Positions 50,733 to 64,000 are shown, counted from the first letter of the stretch. The stretch is DNA of 64,000 bases from Octopus vulgaris (GCA_951406725.2 OX597840.1:11842001-11906000), one strand, 5' to 3'. A program made the numbers and translations. Notes: generated by a model from the letters alone, not told the origin.

Positions 50733-51025
50733 ATATATATGGATTTCGTAGACAGGAACTGTAACAAATAAATCGTATATATATGTATGTATATATGTAA
50801 GTGTATGTGTGTGTCTTTGTCTCTGTGTTTCGCCCTCATCACTGCTTCACAACTGCTGTTCACTTATTTACATCCACATAACTTACTGGTTTCACAAGAA
50901 CAAACTAATAGAGTAAGTACTAGGCTTATCAACATAAAAAAGCACTAGGCTGTGTCTCATATTTTTGTTTGCTCACTCAGTTGTATCTATCAATTTATCT
51001 TTGTATGTGTGCATGTGTGTGTGTA

Positions 51026-51078
<53 letters not shown>

Positions 51079-52367
51079 CCCTAATGGGAGCCTTAAATCC
51101 CAAATTTTAGTAATTTCTTTTATGATCCAAAACTTGGTCAAAAGTACTGAATGGATCTTTATGAAATTTGGAAATTATATTCTATGCATAAGGGCCATAA
51201 CACCCATGACAATTCATATATTTTTGCTGTTGATGAAATTTTAACCATAGACATTAGACACAAATGAAGTAATATCTATAAAATTTCATCTTACAAAGTT
51301 AGAAAGACCCCTCCATGGGGACTTAACAACTACAATTTTGTCATTTTATCTAAGCAAAAATGAATACAGTTGTGCTCTTGGAAGCTGTAGGGTTACCCGA
51401 GCATAAAAGATGAGCATTATTTGTAATTCAATGGTACAACAGTGTAACAGTTTGCTTTGACATACACACTGCATAAATTGTCAAGTAAATGAGAGGCATC
51501 TTTGCCTCCACTGATTCAGTTGCAAAGTGTAGAGTAAAATTTATTTGATTGCAGACCTCCTTTCAGTCTTTTTATTATCACTCGGTCACACATAGTCCCC
51601 AGATGGTAACATTGATTTCAAGGCCTTCCCAGATGAGTGACTGGTTATTCGAAGACATTTATAGATTTTAAATTTATTCTGTCCAGTTACGTATCAGTAT
51701 AGTGGTCATTTGCAAACTACAGAGGTGACACTTTCATTTCTCCTTAGCTCTCACGTCAAACAGTTGTTAATGTTGATTTCAGTTGGGTTACGCCCTTCCA
51801 ATTGCTATAGATTTGTAATGCATCTTACGGCTGTGCCTGTCACCTGGATGGTGAGGAATCCTACATTAGGAGTGGTAACGACTAGGGTAGGGTAACTGAC
51901 TGCTTATTGTGATCATTCGTCTTTTGGTTTCCTGTAGCTTTGCTCTCTTTTACAAACCCAGTGAACATATATTTCCTATTTCAAAGAAATTCAAACAATA
52001 GATATAAGACCCAAGTTAAAAAGATTTTCAACAATTCAACTTCTCTGGTTGACATTAAGATGCCCACCCCCAACAGGGGCCTTAACTCTCACATTTTAGA
52101 GCTCCGTGACCTTCATTTTTCAGGAACAAAATCTTTTTAACAAGTTAAATAAGACTGGAATTTTGGAATATGCGCATAAAAATCAGGATTATGGGATACA
52201 TGTGGCACGATTACAATTTTTTAGGGTGTGTAAAGATTGAAATAACCCTCATCTGCAATTTTGATGAAGTTCGAAACATAGATATTCCAGTTCATCACAG
52301 AAGATATAACAGAAAAGTCTAATTCTCCAATTGAATGTAATCGGGTAACGCCGGGTATCTCTGCTAG
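51026..52367 (+). mobile_element. Non-autonomous Helitron, ~1.3 kb
   Basis: A|TC(TA)nAAAA start; subterminal cgggtaacgccggg resembling the 38.9 kb hairpin; CTAG|T end. The 5' boundary is less certain. Confidence 0.7.
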
Positions 52368-52750
52368 TTATATATAAATATAAAAAAGTAAAAGATATGC
52401 AATAAATATAAATATGTATATAAAAGTAAAAATGTACATATATATATATATATTCTTTCTTTTCTTTCTTTTATTCTTTTACTTGTTTCGACCCGAACAC
52501 TTCTTTAAAGCAATTCTATATATTTCGCAAGAAAGAACAATAATATTATGTATATACTTGCCACCATCGGGGGGACAAACACAAACACACACACAGTTTC
52601 CGTCTACCAAATTCACTCACAAGGCTTTGGTTGGCCTGAGGCTCTAGTAGAAGACCAAGGCGTCGCGTAATGGGGCTGAACCCAGAACCATGTAGTTGGT
52701 AAGCAGGTTACTTACCACACAGCCACTCATGCATATGTATGTGTGTGTGT

Positions 52751-52789
<39 letters not shown>

Positions 52790-53679
52790 TGTGTGTAGTT
52801 TGACAAGTGTCAATGAACGAAACTCTCGCCCACCGAGTCACTCTGTTGCTTCTGCTAAATATTGATAAACACATATATGACAAGCTTTTTCAGATTCCGT
52901 CAACCAAATCTACTCACAAGGGTTTAGTCGACCCAGGGCTATAGTAGAAACACCCGTTCAAAGTGCCACGCAGCTGGACTGAACTCGGAACAGCTTACAA
53001 CACAGTCACGCCTGCTTCTATTCACATATATACATGATATATATTTCTTTTGCTACCCACAAGGGGCTAAACATAGAGGGGACAAACAAGGACAGACAAA
53101 CGGATTAAGTCGATTACATCGACCCAGTGCGAAACTGGTACTTTATTTATCGACCCCGAAAGAATGAAAGGTAAAAGTCGCCCTCGGCGGAATTTGAACT
53201 CAGAACGCAACGGCGGAAGAAAAACCTATTTCTTTATTACCCACAAGGGGCCAAACATAGAGGGGACAAACAAGGACAGACAAAGGGATTAAGTCGATTA
53301 CATTGACTTCAGTGCGTCACTGGTACTTTATTTATCGACCCCGAAAGAATGAAAGGTAAAAGTCGCCCTCGGCGGAATTTGAACTCAGAACGCAACGGCG
53401 GAAGAAAAACCTATTTCTTTATTACCCACAAGGGGCCAAACATAGAGGGGACAAACAAGGACAGACAAAGGGATTAAGTCGATTACATTGACTTCAGTGC
53501 GTCACTGGTACTTAATTTATCGACCCGAAAGGATGAAAGGCAAAATCGACCTCGGCGGAATTTGAACTCAGAACGAAGCGGCGTCCGGCGTGCTAACGTT
53601 TCTGCCAGCTCGCCGCCTTATTTATAAATGTAGATGAGTGCGTGTGTGTGAAATTGGAAAGTGGAGGGGAAAAATAGAA

Positions 53680-54210
53680 AAGGGGAGAGAGACAAAGATA
53701 GAGACAGAGAAAGAGTCGGAGAGAGACAGACAGAGATAGATAGAGAGTCGGAGAGACAGAGATAGAGAGAGAGACAGATAGAGAGAGATGAAAGAAAGAG
53801 ATAGAAGAGAGAACGAGAAAAAGAAACCAAATAGAAGAGAATTAGACAAAGAGAGAGAGAAAGAGATGGAGGGTGTAGGAGAGCGAGACAGAGATAGAGA
53901 GAGAGGCGGAGATACACACGATAGAGTTAGAGAGAGACAGAGACAGAGGCAGAGAGAGACAGAGATAGAGATAGAGAGAGAGTCGGAGAGCGAGAGAGAG
54001 ATAGAGAGAGAGAGAGGGGAACAAAGATAGAGCAAGAGAGAGATAGAGAGAGAGAGGGGGCAGAGATAGAGCGAGAGAAGGGGACAGAGAGAGAGAGAGA
54101 CAGAGGAAGAGATAAAGAGAGAGAGGGGGCAGAGATAGAGCGAGAGAAGGGGACAGAGAGAGAGAGAGACAGAGATAGAGACAGAGAAAGACATAGAGAG
54201 AGAGGGAAGA
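53680..54210. repeat. (GA)n-rich polypurine tract
   Basis: Direct reading. Confidence 0.95.
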
Positions 54211-54257
54211 AGCCAAGCAGACGATGGACGGAGGAGGGAGAAAGAAAGGAGTGAGAA

Positions 54258-54372
54258 GCCCACGTGGCACTTAAAAATATCAGCCGAGTAACTCTGACAA
54301 CAAATATCAGGTGAGTTGGTTGTATGGACCAATGGGCGTGGAGTATATTGATCATGTGATTGTCACATGTAC
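54258..54372. promoter_or_regulatory. Dense cis-regulatory motif cluster (candidate promoter or enhancer)
   Basis: CCACGTGGCA 54260-54269, ATCAGGTGAG 54306-54315, CCAAT 54329-54333, GGGCGTGG 54334-54341, ATCATGTGAT 54351-54360, GTCACATG 54362-54369, all in unique sequence. Confidence 0.5.
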
Positions 54373-54521
54373 CGGTGTGCTTAGACACTGCAGCGACAAC
54401 AGATATTCAATCTCTGTTGCGAGTGAATGAGCAGAGAGAACAAACACACACCTTTCTTCTATTTTACTTTATTTATTATTGTTGTTATTGTTGTTATTAT
54501 TATTTATTTATTTATTTCTGG

Positions 54522-54800
54522 ATCTTCTTCTTCTTCTTGTTCCTCTTCCTCTTCTTCTTATTGTTCTTCTTCTTCTTCTTCTTCTTCTTCTTCTTCTTCT
54601 TCTTCTTCTTCTTCTTCTTCTTCTTCTTCTTCTTCTTCTTCTCTTCTTCTTCTTCTTCTTCTTCTTCTTCTTCTTCTTCTATCTTCTTCTCTTCTTCTTC
54701 TATCTTCTATCTTCTTCTTTCTTCTTCTTCTTCTATCTTCTTCGTCTTCTTCTTCTATCTTCTTCTTCTTCTTCTTCTTCTAACTTCTTCTTCCTCTTCC

Positions 54801-54831
<31 letters not shown>

Positions 54832-55882
54832 CTTCTTCTATCCTCTTCTTCTTCTTCTATCTTCTATCTTCTTCTTCTTCTTCTTCTTCTTCTATCTTCT
54901 TCTTCTCCTTTTCCTTCTTCTTCTCCTTTTCTTTCTTCTTCTTCTTCTTCTTCTTCTTCTTCTTCTTCTTCTTCTATCTTCTTCTTCGTCTTCTTCGTTT
55001 CTTTCTTTCTTCTTCCACACCACACGCTTCCCAACTAACTACATGGTTCCGGGTTCAGTCCCCACCGCGTGGCACCTTGGGCCCTCGGGTCGACCAAAGC
55101 TTTCTGAGTGAATTTGGTAGACGGAAACTGAAAGAAGCCCGGCCTATATATATAAATTCCTCTTTTTGCATAAATATATCAAGGTCTCTTTCATTCTTTT
55201 GTTGTCTTTATATATATATATATATATATGTGTGTGTATGTATGTATTTCTGTCTGTGTTTGTCCCCCCACCACCATCGCTAGATAATTGATGTTGGTGT
55301 GTTTATGCTCCCGTGACTTAGTGGTTCGGCAAAAGAACCGATAGAATAATAAGGCTTAATAAGTCCTGGGGTCGAACACATACCTTTTTAATTATTATTA
55401 TTATTGTTATATATTCTTCTTCTTCTTCTTCTTCTTCTTCTTCTTCTTCTTCTTCTTCTTCTTCTTCTTCTTCTCCCTTCTCTTCTTCTTCTTCTTCTTC
55501 TCCCTTCTCTTCTTCTTCTTCTTCTTCTTCTTCATCTTCTTCTTCCTCTTCTCCCTTCTCTTCTTCTTCTTCTTCTTCTTCTTCTTCATCTTCTTCATCT
55601 TCTTCTTCTTCTTCTTCTTCTTCTTCTTCTTCTTCGTCTTCTTCTTCTTCTTCTTCTTCCATTTCCTTCATCTTCATCTTCTTCTTCTTCTTCTTCTTCG
55701 TCTTCTTCTTCTTCTTCTTCTTCTTCTTCTTCTTCTTCGTCTTCTTCTTCTTCTTCTTCTTCTTCTTCTTCTTCTTCTTCTTCTTCTTCTTCTTCTTCTT
55801 CTTCTTCTTCTTCTTCTTCTTCTTCTTCTTCTTCTTCTTCTTCTTCTTCTTCTTCTTCTTCTTCTTCTTCTTCTTCTTCTTC
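54522..55882. repeat. Two long (CTT)n/(GAA)n arrays (~54522-55015, ~55413-55882) separated by rearranged SINE A pieces
   Basis: Direct reading. Confidence 0.97.
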
Positions 55883-56339
55883 TGTGTGTGTGTATATATA
55901 TTTTTGTATATATATTATACACACACACACACACGTGCGGGAGTGGCTGTGTGGTAAGAAGCTTGCTTACCAACCACATGGCTCCAGGTTCAGTCCCACT
56001 GCGTGGCACCTTGGGCAAGTGTCTTCTGCTATAGCGTCAGGCTGACCAAAGCCTTGTGAGTGGATTTGTAAATGGAAACTGAAAGAAGCCCGCTGTATAT
56101 ATATATATATGTATATACATTTGTGTGTGTGTTTGTCTCCCTACTACCACCATCGCTTGACAAACCGATATTGGTGTGTTTACGTCCCCGTAACTTAGCG
56201 GTTCGGCAAAACAGATTGATCGAATAAATTCTAGGCTTACAAAGAATACGTCCTAGGGTTTGGTTAGTTCGACTAAAGGCAGTGCTCCAGCATGGCCGCA
56301 GTCAAATGACTGAAAAGACACGCTTGTGCGCTTGCTCGC

Positions 56340-56376
<37 letters not shown>

Positions 56377-57312
56377 TTCACACACACACACGCATGCATA
56401 GTCATCATGCAAACACACATATACACATGCATTCTAGTTGCGTAAATACACATACACGCACACACGCAAGTACGCATAGGCGCAAGTGCCAACGAGGGAT
56501 CTTAAACGTTGTGACAGACCGCCTAGAAATAGCAGCCAAACGCCTCCCTCAAATCACATACGTTACCGTCTTCCTTCAAATATTTAAAAATAAGTATGGA
56601 AAGGATATATTTAGTTACTAATTAGGTAAAATCTTAAACCAACGAGAGGGTCACGGCTGGAACGCCTTTAATTATAAATACCACCAATATAGAACTGACC
56701 TTATGTTAATATTTACACACATGCAACCACGTTTTATATTAAAGTATATAATATTTTAAATGATGCTGTGTTGTGTTGTTCATCCCAGGTCGAACTAATC
56801 GATGTATTATTCTTTGTAAGCCTAGAATTTATTCGATCGATCTCTTTTGCCGAATCGCTAAGTTATGGGGATGTAAACACACCAACATCGGTTGTCAAGC
56901 AATGGTGGGAGCGGGGAGACAAACACAGACACAAATATAATATATACTCTCTCTTTACTCTCATTTACTTGTTTCAGTCATTTGACTGCGGCCATGCTGG
57001 AGCACCGCCTTTAGTCGAGCTAATCGACCCCGTGACTTATTCTTTTGTAAACCCAGTACTTATTCTATCAGTCTCTTTTGCCGAACCGCTATGTGATGGG
57101 GACGTAAACACAGTAGCATTGGTTGTCAAGCAATGCTATGGGGACAAACACAGACACACAAACACACACACATACATATATATATATATACATATATACG
57201 ACGGGCTTCTTTCAGTTTCCGTCTACCAAATCCACTCACAAGGCATTGGTCGGCCCGGGGCTATAGCAGAAGACACTTGCCCAAGATGCCACGCAGTGGG
57301 ACTGAATCCCGT

Positions 57313-57345
<33 letters not shown>

Positions 57346-57454
57346 CGGGCTTCTTTCAGTTTCCATCTACCAAATCCACTCACAAGGCTTTTGTCGGCCC
57401 GAGGCTATAGTAAAAGACACTTGCCCAAGTTGTCACGCAGTGGGACTGAAACCA

Positions 57455-58248
57455 AGACCCATGTGAAACAAGATCTTCATCCGCGTAAAATTATGTTATG
57501 TGTATGGCGGAACTGGGAAGGGACTATCTATTACGAATTGCTTGAATGGAACCAAACGGTCAAAGCTGAACTCTATGTTCAACAGATGGAACGACTCAAC
57601 ACGGCTATACAAGAGGAAAGACCTAATCATCAGCATGGAGTTCTTCTGCTGCCCGACGACGCCCACCCTCATATCACCAACACGACCAAAGAAGCCATTC
57701 AAATGCATGGCTGGGAAGTGCTGCCACAACCGCCGTACTCTCCTGATTTGGCACCAGTGGATTTCCACCTCTTTCGATCTCTTTCAAATGCTATGCGCGG
57801 AGTTTTTGCTCAATACTGATGCAGAATTGAGAGCTTGGTTGGATCAATTTTTCGAGTCGAAATCAGGTGATTTCTATCAACGAGGTATTGAAGATCTTGT
57901 TGAACGTTGGGAAGAAGTTGTAAACAACAATGGTGAATACATTATTAATTAATTAGTTGTTATCTTTTATTAACCCTTTCATTACCAGCCTGGCTGAAAC
58001 CGGCTCTGGCTCTGAGTACAAATGTCTTGTTTCCATAAGTTTTGAATAAAAATCTTCCACCAAACCTTAGTCACAATTTATGTTCCTAACACTAGCTGAA
58101 TGATAACTAAGTTATTTTACTAAATTCTTTGTTATATTTAAAATTAATTGGAAGAAACAGAGAGCATCTGAAAATAAATACAGTAATGAAATACCTTTTA
58201 AAAAATGTAAATTAAAAAAAACAGCGGGACCTTAGTTGCCGACCCAAG
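57455..58248 (+). mobile_element. 3' half of a mariner transposase gene and right end, with a piggyBac-like MITE inserted after the ORF
   Basis: KIMLCVW..GTIYYELL, LLPDDAHPH, PQPPYSPDLAPVDFHLFRSL, then frameshift to FYQRGIEDLVERWEEVVNNNGEYIIN*; TIR-like gggaccttagttgccgacccaa at ~58226-58248. Confidence 0.88.
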
Positions 58249-58679
58249 AGATCCCTATTTTGAACTAACACTTCTTCTGTTTCGTTTTGGGATTTGGTTT
58301 TCAAGATTCTTTATATGAGTTGGTGTGTTGAAGCATATTCTGTTGTGTCTGGGGAGAGTCATTTTCTTTTTGTGCCTTATAATGTAACACACTCAAAACT
58401 ATTGAAAAGGTTGCAAGACGCAACGCAAATTTTAGGACAATGAAAATAAGAAAAAAAGTGAAAATTTTACCAGTGAGTGTGTTAAATTAAGGCACAAAAA
58501 AAACCGACTCTCCCCAGACACAACAGAACTTCTGTTGTCAAAACAAAATATGTAATTTTTTTCAATATTTCATGTTTCAAAACAAAAAATGAAAATAAAA
58601 TAAACAAGAAATAACAACGTTGTATACTTAAAATGGTATTTTATTCAACTTCTGTCTTCTAATATTGTTATGATTATGA

Positions 58680-58714
<35 letters not shown>

Positions 58715-58854
58715 GTTTTATTGATTTCTTCAATTTTTGAAAAATTCTTAATTGTGAAAGAATTTTTGTGAAAATTTGTAAATTCCTATATTTGTGGGGG
58801 GTAAAAAAGTGAATACAAAATAGGAGATAGAATGAAGAAAAAACAAGCATAATT

Positions 58855-58904
<50 letters not shown>

Positions 58905-58934
58905 CATAGATATATAGATACGTAGATACATACA

Positions 58935-58974
<40 letters not shown>

Positions 58975-59037
58975 TGTATACATTTTTATATATATATCAT
59001 ATATGAATGCATATGTATATCACGTATATACATACAT

Positions 59038-59083
<46 letters not shown>

Positions 59084-60042
59084 ATTTATGTAATTGCATC
59101 ATATATAATGTATATCCATTATACAGCATATGCAATGCGAAGTGTTTATAAGTATATTATATATTGAATTGCTATTATATAGTAAATATAAATTAACTAT
59201 ACATATATGTATACATATATGCAGACATGCAGACTCACACACACACATACACACAGTGCTTTCACACACACATGTGTTTATACATATATATATATGTATA
59301 TATACATATACACATGCACACACATACACACGTACATATATCTATATATCTATATACATACATACATACATATATATGTATGTATATGTACATACACATA
59401 CATATATATTTGAAAAAGTGAAAGAATTACTTTACATGTAGTTCCAATCAATTTAACTTTCTTATAATATAATTTTACAGTTTGGTTTCAAACTGCAAAA
59501 TTATATTATTAGAAAATTAAATCGATTAAAACTTCCAGTGAAGTCATTCTTTTCCTTTTCTAAATATACCTAAATGTACCAAGGGTTTCACACAGTTTCC
59601 AGTATATATATATATATAATATATACAATGTACATACATGTAAGTATACTATATGAATGTATGTATATATGTATATGTGTGGGCATTTTAAGTTTATAAA
59701 TACACCTATAAATGATATATAGAAATGCACACACAGACATATATACATATATATACTCACACTCACACACACACACATATACGCACACACGCATACACAC
59801 ACACACACAGATATATATTTTTGAAAGAACGCAAAACATTTTTGTGATATATCAAATTTCGTTCCTGCAGCTGTTTCGGTAATTCTTACGTAACAGGATC
59901 AGTAGACATTGGTTGACCATCTCATCAGGGTGAATTAAAAAAGGGTGCAAATCTATATATGTAAAAAACCTAATAATATATTCATGCCTTTGAACACACA
60001 TTCACTCCCTGTCTGTCTTTGTCATTTATACACTCACTCATG

Positions 60043-60140
<98 letters not shown>

Positions 60141-61361
60141 ACATACATTTCAACACACACATATTTGTATATAATATGACTTTAGCTATTTAAATGTAAA
60201 CATTCATATATATATACATATATACACATATGTACTTATATATATATGTATATATGTATGTATATATATATTCAGATACATATATACATGTACACACACA
60301 CACACATGGACAAACAAAAGAAAAAGACACTCAACACATTATTCTTTTGTTTTCTTTTTCTTGTTTCAGTCATTTGACTGCGGCCATGCTGGAGCACCAC
60401 CTTTTTTTCAGTCAAGCAAATCAACTCAAGATCGGCTGGCACCAATTCTTTCAGTCGCCAATTCTAGCTATGCTACATATATTGAAAAATAAACAGACAG
60501 ACACAGAGACACACACACATACACACGTACACACAAACAAATCCCATCATTACCTGCTAGCTTTTTGCGACACCAGTGATAGGTGAATCATTGTTTTTCT
60601 ATATCAGAAGAGACTAAAATTTGTCTAAGCATGCAGTTGCTTGCGAATACTTGCTACTGATGATGTGCAAGGATACAGAAATCCCGGGATCTAGTAATGT
60701 CTCTGCTGCTGTCAGACACGTTTCAACTGCTATTGATACTTTTGTGCTTTTTAGCACTATACATCCATAGGAGATGGTTTTCAAGGCAAATACTACAGTT
60801 TCTAGTATTTCTACAGTATATTTGAATTAAACATGATATACAGAATACTAAGAAAAAAATTGAACTTCATGATGTCACAAAAGACATAAAATATTCAACT
60901 CTGAGGAACAGATGGTGCTCCAGCAAGGCCTTGACTGTGATAATTAATATTAATTAAGGAACTAAAGAACCAGCTTCTGCTAGAAATAGTACCCATTTAA
61001 ACCAGTCTTAGAGGAACCCCTGACAGTAAATGTATGTTGTTTTTTTTTTGTTTGAAATAAGTCACATTGTATGAATGGCAGTGAGATGTGGGGGGGTTTA
61101 CTTTCACTTTCGGTTTGACTGGTTTCAAAGAATAAATGTAACAAAGGGGTTAAATTAGTTATATGGGGGCTTGTAACAAATCTAGAGACAGACAGACAGA
61201 TAGACAGATAAACAGACAGAGAGATAGATGGATAGATAAATAGAAAGATAGATAAGTGGATATATATACACACACACTCACAAACATGCACACACATATA
61301 GATAGATAGATAGACAGACAAATAAACATGGATAGATAGATATTTAGATAAACAGATAGAC

Positions 61362-61449
<88 letters not shown>

Positions 61450-61529
61450 GGGGAGAGTGAGAGAGAAAAGGCAAATAACAAGAGATAGAAAATTAAGTAG
61501 ACAGAAGGATAAACAGAATGATAGATACA

Positions 61530-61795
<266 letters not shown>

Positions 61796-61906
61796 GTTGA
61801 TATAAAGCAATATAGAAAAGTAAGTAGGCAAGTTGATAAACAGTTAAGGAGACAAAGTGATATATAGATGAATAGATAGACTGATAAATTGACTGACAAA
61901 TAGATG

Positions 61907-62078
61907 AGGCTACAATCGGTTTCATGTTAAGAAGTGTAGGAAAATATCCAAGTATCTTAACAATTTTTCAAGCGAATCACATGGAAATGAATACCTTTGT
62001 CTCTGTGATCAGCTTGAAAAATTATTAAGATACTTGGATACTTTGCTACTCTTCTTAACATGAAACCAGTGGTAGCCT
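61907..62078. mobile_element. Fold-back MITE (~170 bp, almost entirely palindromic)
   Basis: aggctacaatcggtttcatgttaagaag...tatccaagtatcttaa mirrored by ttaagatacttggata...cttcttaacatgaaaccagtggtagcct. Confidence 0.85.
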
Positions 62079-62152
62079 TAATTCACAAATAAAAAAAATT
62101 ATTTATCCACCAATGCAGTATTGAGCACTCATTCCATCATTCTACATCTAAG

Positions 62153-62182
<30 letters not shown>

Positions 62183-62187
<5 letters not shown>

Positions 62188-62680
62188 GTAAAAACGGTAA
62201 GATAACAAAAGAAAGAAAGAGACTTCAATATTATGTAAATAGAGGAATTTCCTCTATTTACATAATATTGAGGTCTCTTTCTTTCTTTTGTTATCTTACC
62301 GTTTTTACCAATAAATTACCTCCCGGACGACGCTATTCTTCACTAAGAGCTAATACGGCTTTTTTGGATTATCGCCTAACATCGGTTGAGGACTCTTATA
62401 CACAGAAGAATTTAATATGGACGCATATTACATAGATTATTGAGTAATTGTAACATATTATTTTATATACGCCATGTTGGTTCGCTAGCTTCTGCACGCA
62501 TTTTTTTTCTCTCCTTGTTTCTCTCCGTGTTTCTTTTCTGTGTATCTTTCTGTCGAAGAGCGTAGGCTCGAAACGTAAAAGACTTGTTTCATTTATATTC
62601 CTGAGCGCCATACTAATACAATTGTTTGTTTGTATTCCACCTGCCTTCGTCTTTTGTTTATTTTCATAAAGCTTCCCGTT
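62183..62680 (+). mobile_element. Penelope-like element terminal-repeat debris: near-perfect palindrome (~62183-62312) plus a hammerhead-bearing segment
   Basis: About 63-bp inverted arms with one mismatch around aattt; related single arm at ~1673-1738; hammerhead-like motif at 62545-62582. PLE assignment is an inference. Confidence 0.6.
62545..62582 (+). ncRNA. Minimal type I hammerhead ribozyme-like motif (variant core)
   Basis: UCUUU-CUGUCGA-A-[GAGC GUAG GCUC]-GAAA-CGUA^AAAGA: stem I, stem II, palindromic ACGU stem III and a GUA cleavage triplet; core position A6 is U. Confidence 0.6.
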
Positions 62681-62733
62681 ATATATATATATATATATAC
62701 ATATACATACTGTATATTTGTATGCAAACATGC

Positions 62734-62765
<32 letters not shown>

Positions 62766-63470
62766 AAGTATATATATAAATTAGGCATCTTGTGGTGTGT
62801 CAGGATTTATTAAAATAAATATGAAAATCAATCAGTGACGTATTGATCAGTAAAATTGATTGCTTATTGCTCATTAACTGACTGTCTGTTTAAATGTCCT
62901 TTTTAACTGAATGTCTGTCGATAAGTTCCCATTAATTGCTGGTTTTATGGAATCTGGCTCAGTGCACTCAGACGCTAGCGGTACCACCACAAATTGATAT
63001 CCTGCAGTAAACTGCCCCTGTAAAAAATCTTAATGTTTTTTTGTGCGAGAAATATAGAGTTTTTCGATATCTCTTATTAAAGCTTTTAATTAATTAGTTC
63101 AGTAATTATTTAATTTGTTTTACCCGTTAAAGCTAAAGATAAGGCCTAGCTGGAGCACACTTCCTATGTATGTGCATGTGTGTGCACATGTGTACATGCG
63201 AATGCATGCATGCATGTATGTGTATGTATTAAAATTTATATAATATATATATATATATATTGATATGTCTATATTATATATGTATCAAAATGTATTTATT
63301 AACAGTATAAAAGTGTAAAAATGTATATTATATTTTAATATATATACGTATATGTATATATGTGTATAAATATATATGTATACACACACACACACAAACA
63401 CGTATATATAAATACGTATATATACATATATATATCTATATGTATATATCTATATCTATATATATATATA

Positions 63471-63522
<52 letters not shown>

Positions 63523-64000
63523 CATATTAAGAGTAAAAGTGTAGAATTTCCAAAGGAAACCATTAGTAGCATTGTTAATCAACACAAATACAAATGAAGA
63601 TTGTATATATATGTAGATATATTAATTGAAGTGTACAGTATTATATATCGATTATGGTACATCTTACCAATTTTTTTTGCACAAGGTGTTCAATGGGATG
63701 TTACATAACATAATTATGCAACACTGTGCTCCCTAGAGTTGGTAGTTATGGAAGAGACTGTCAACTCTGAAGACTATAATGTTACATAATCGGGCTGTTA
63801 TCTAACATCCCGTTAAAGCTCCAGTGCGAAACTTATTGGTAAGATTGGCCACAATAGACATATAATATTGTACACTTATAATCTTGATTGATACAGCCAC
63901 TCTATTGACAAATGTATGAGTACATATTTTTTATAATTTATGGATTATTTATACATATCTATATAAAGGTGTGTATATCTGTATTAAAATCATATATATA

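Noticed and set aside
54360-56045. Poly-E/K/R/S/L/F ORFs
   Set aside because: (CTT)n arrays read in six frames.

Overview
Eukaryotic (animal) genomic DNA, AT-rich and saturated with microsatellites and tRNA-type SINEs. The repeat landscape looks like a coleoid cephalopod, most likely Octopus (recognition from memory, not a database result). There is one confidently reconstructable host gene: Insig (insulin-induced gene, the ER sterol-sensing anchor of SCAP/HMGCR) on the + strand, with 5 coding exons from 19957 to 28319 giving 201 aa. Its second coding intron is a U12 (minor-spliceosome) intron filled with inverted SINEs. The protein keeps the sterol/SCAP residues, lacks the known ubiquitin-acceptor lysines, and ends in a KxKxx ER-retrieval signal. 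The rest is layered transposon debris: a 5'-truncated RTE LINE with a ~70-78 bp target duplication, a CRE-clade fragment, a DD41D element nested in a mariner, piggyBac-like MITEs with a paralogous empty site, hAT/Tc2-like MITEs, non-autonomous Helitrons, and Penelope-like pieces with hammerhead-ribozyme motifs. Weaker signals are a candidate unannotated spliced gene on the - strand (~43.0-43.5 kb) and a dense E-box/CCAAT/GC-box island at ~54.3 kb. Almost all ORFs in the supplied track are microsatellite or SINE artefacts. No prokaryote-type system (CRISPR, operon) is present.
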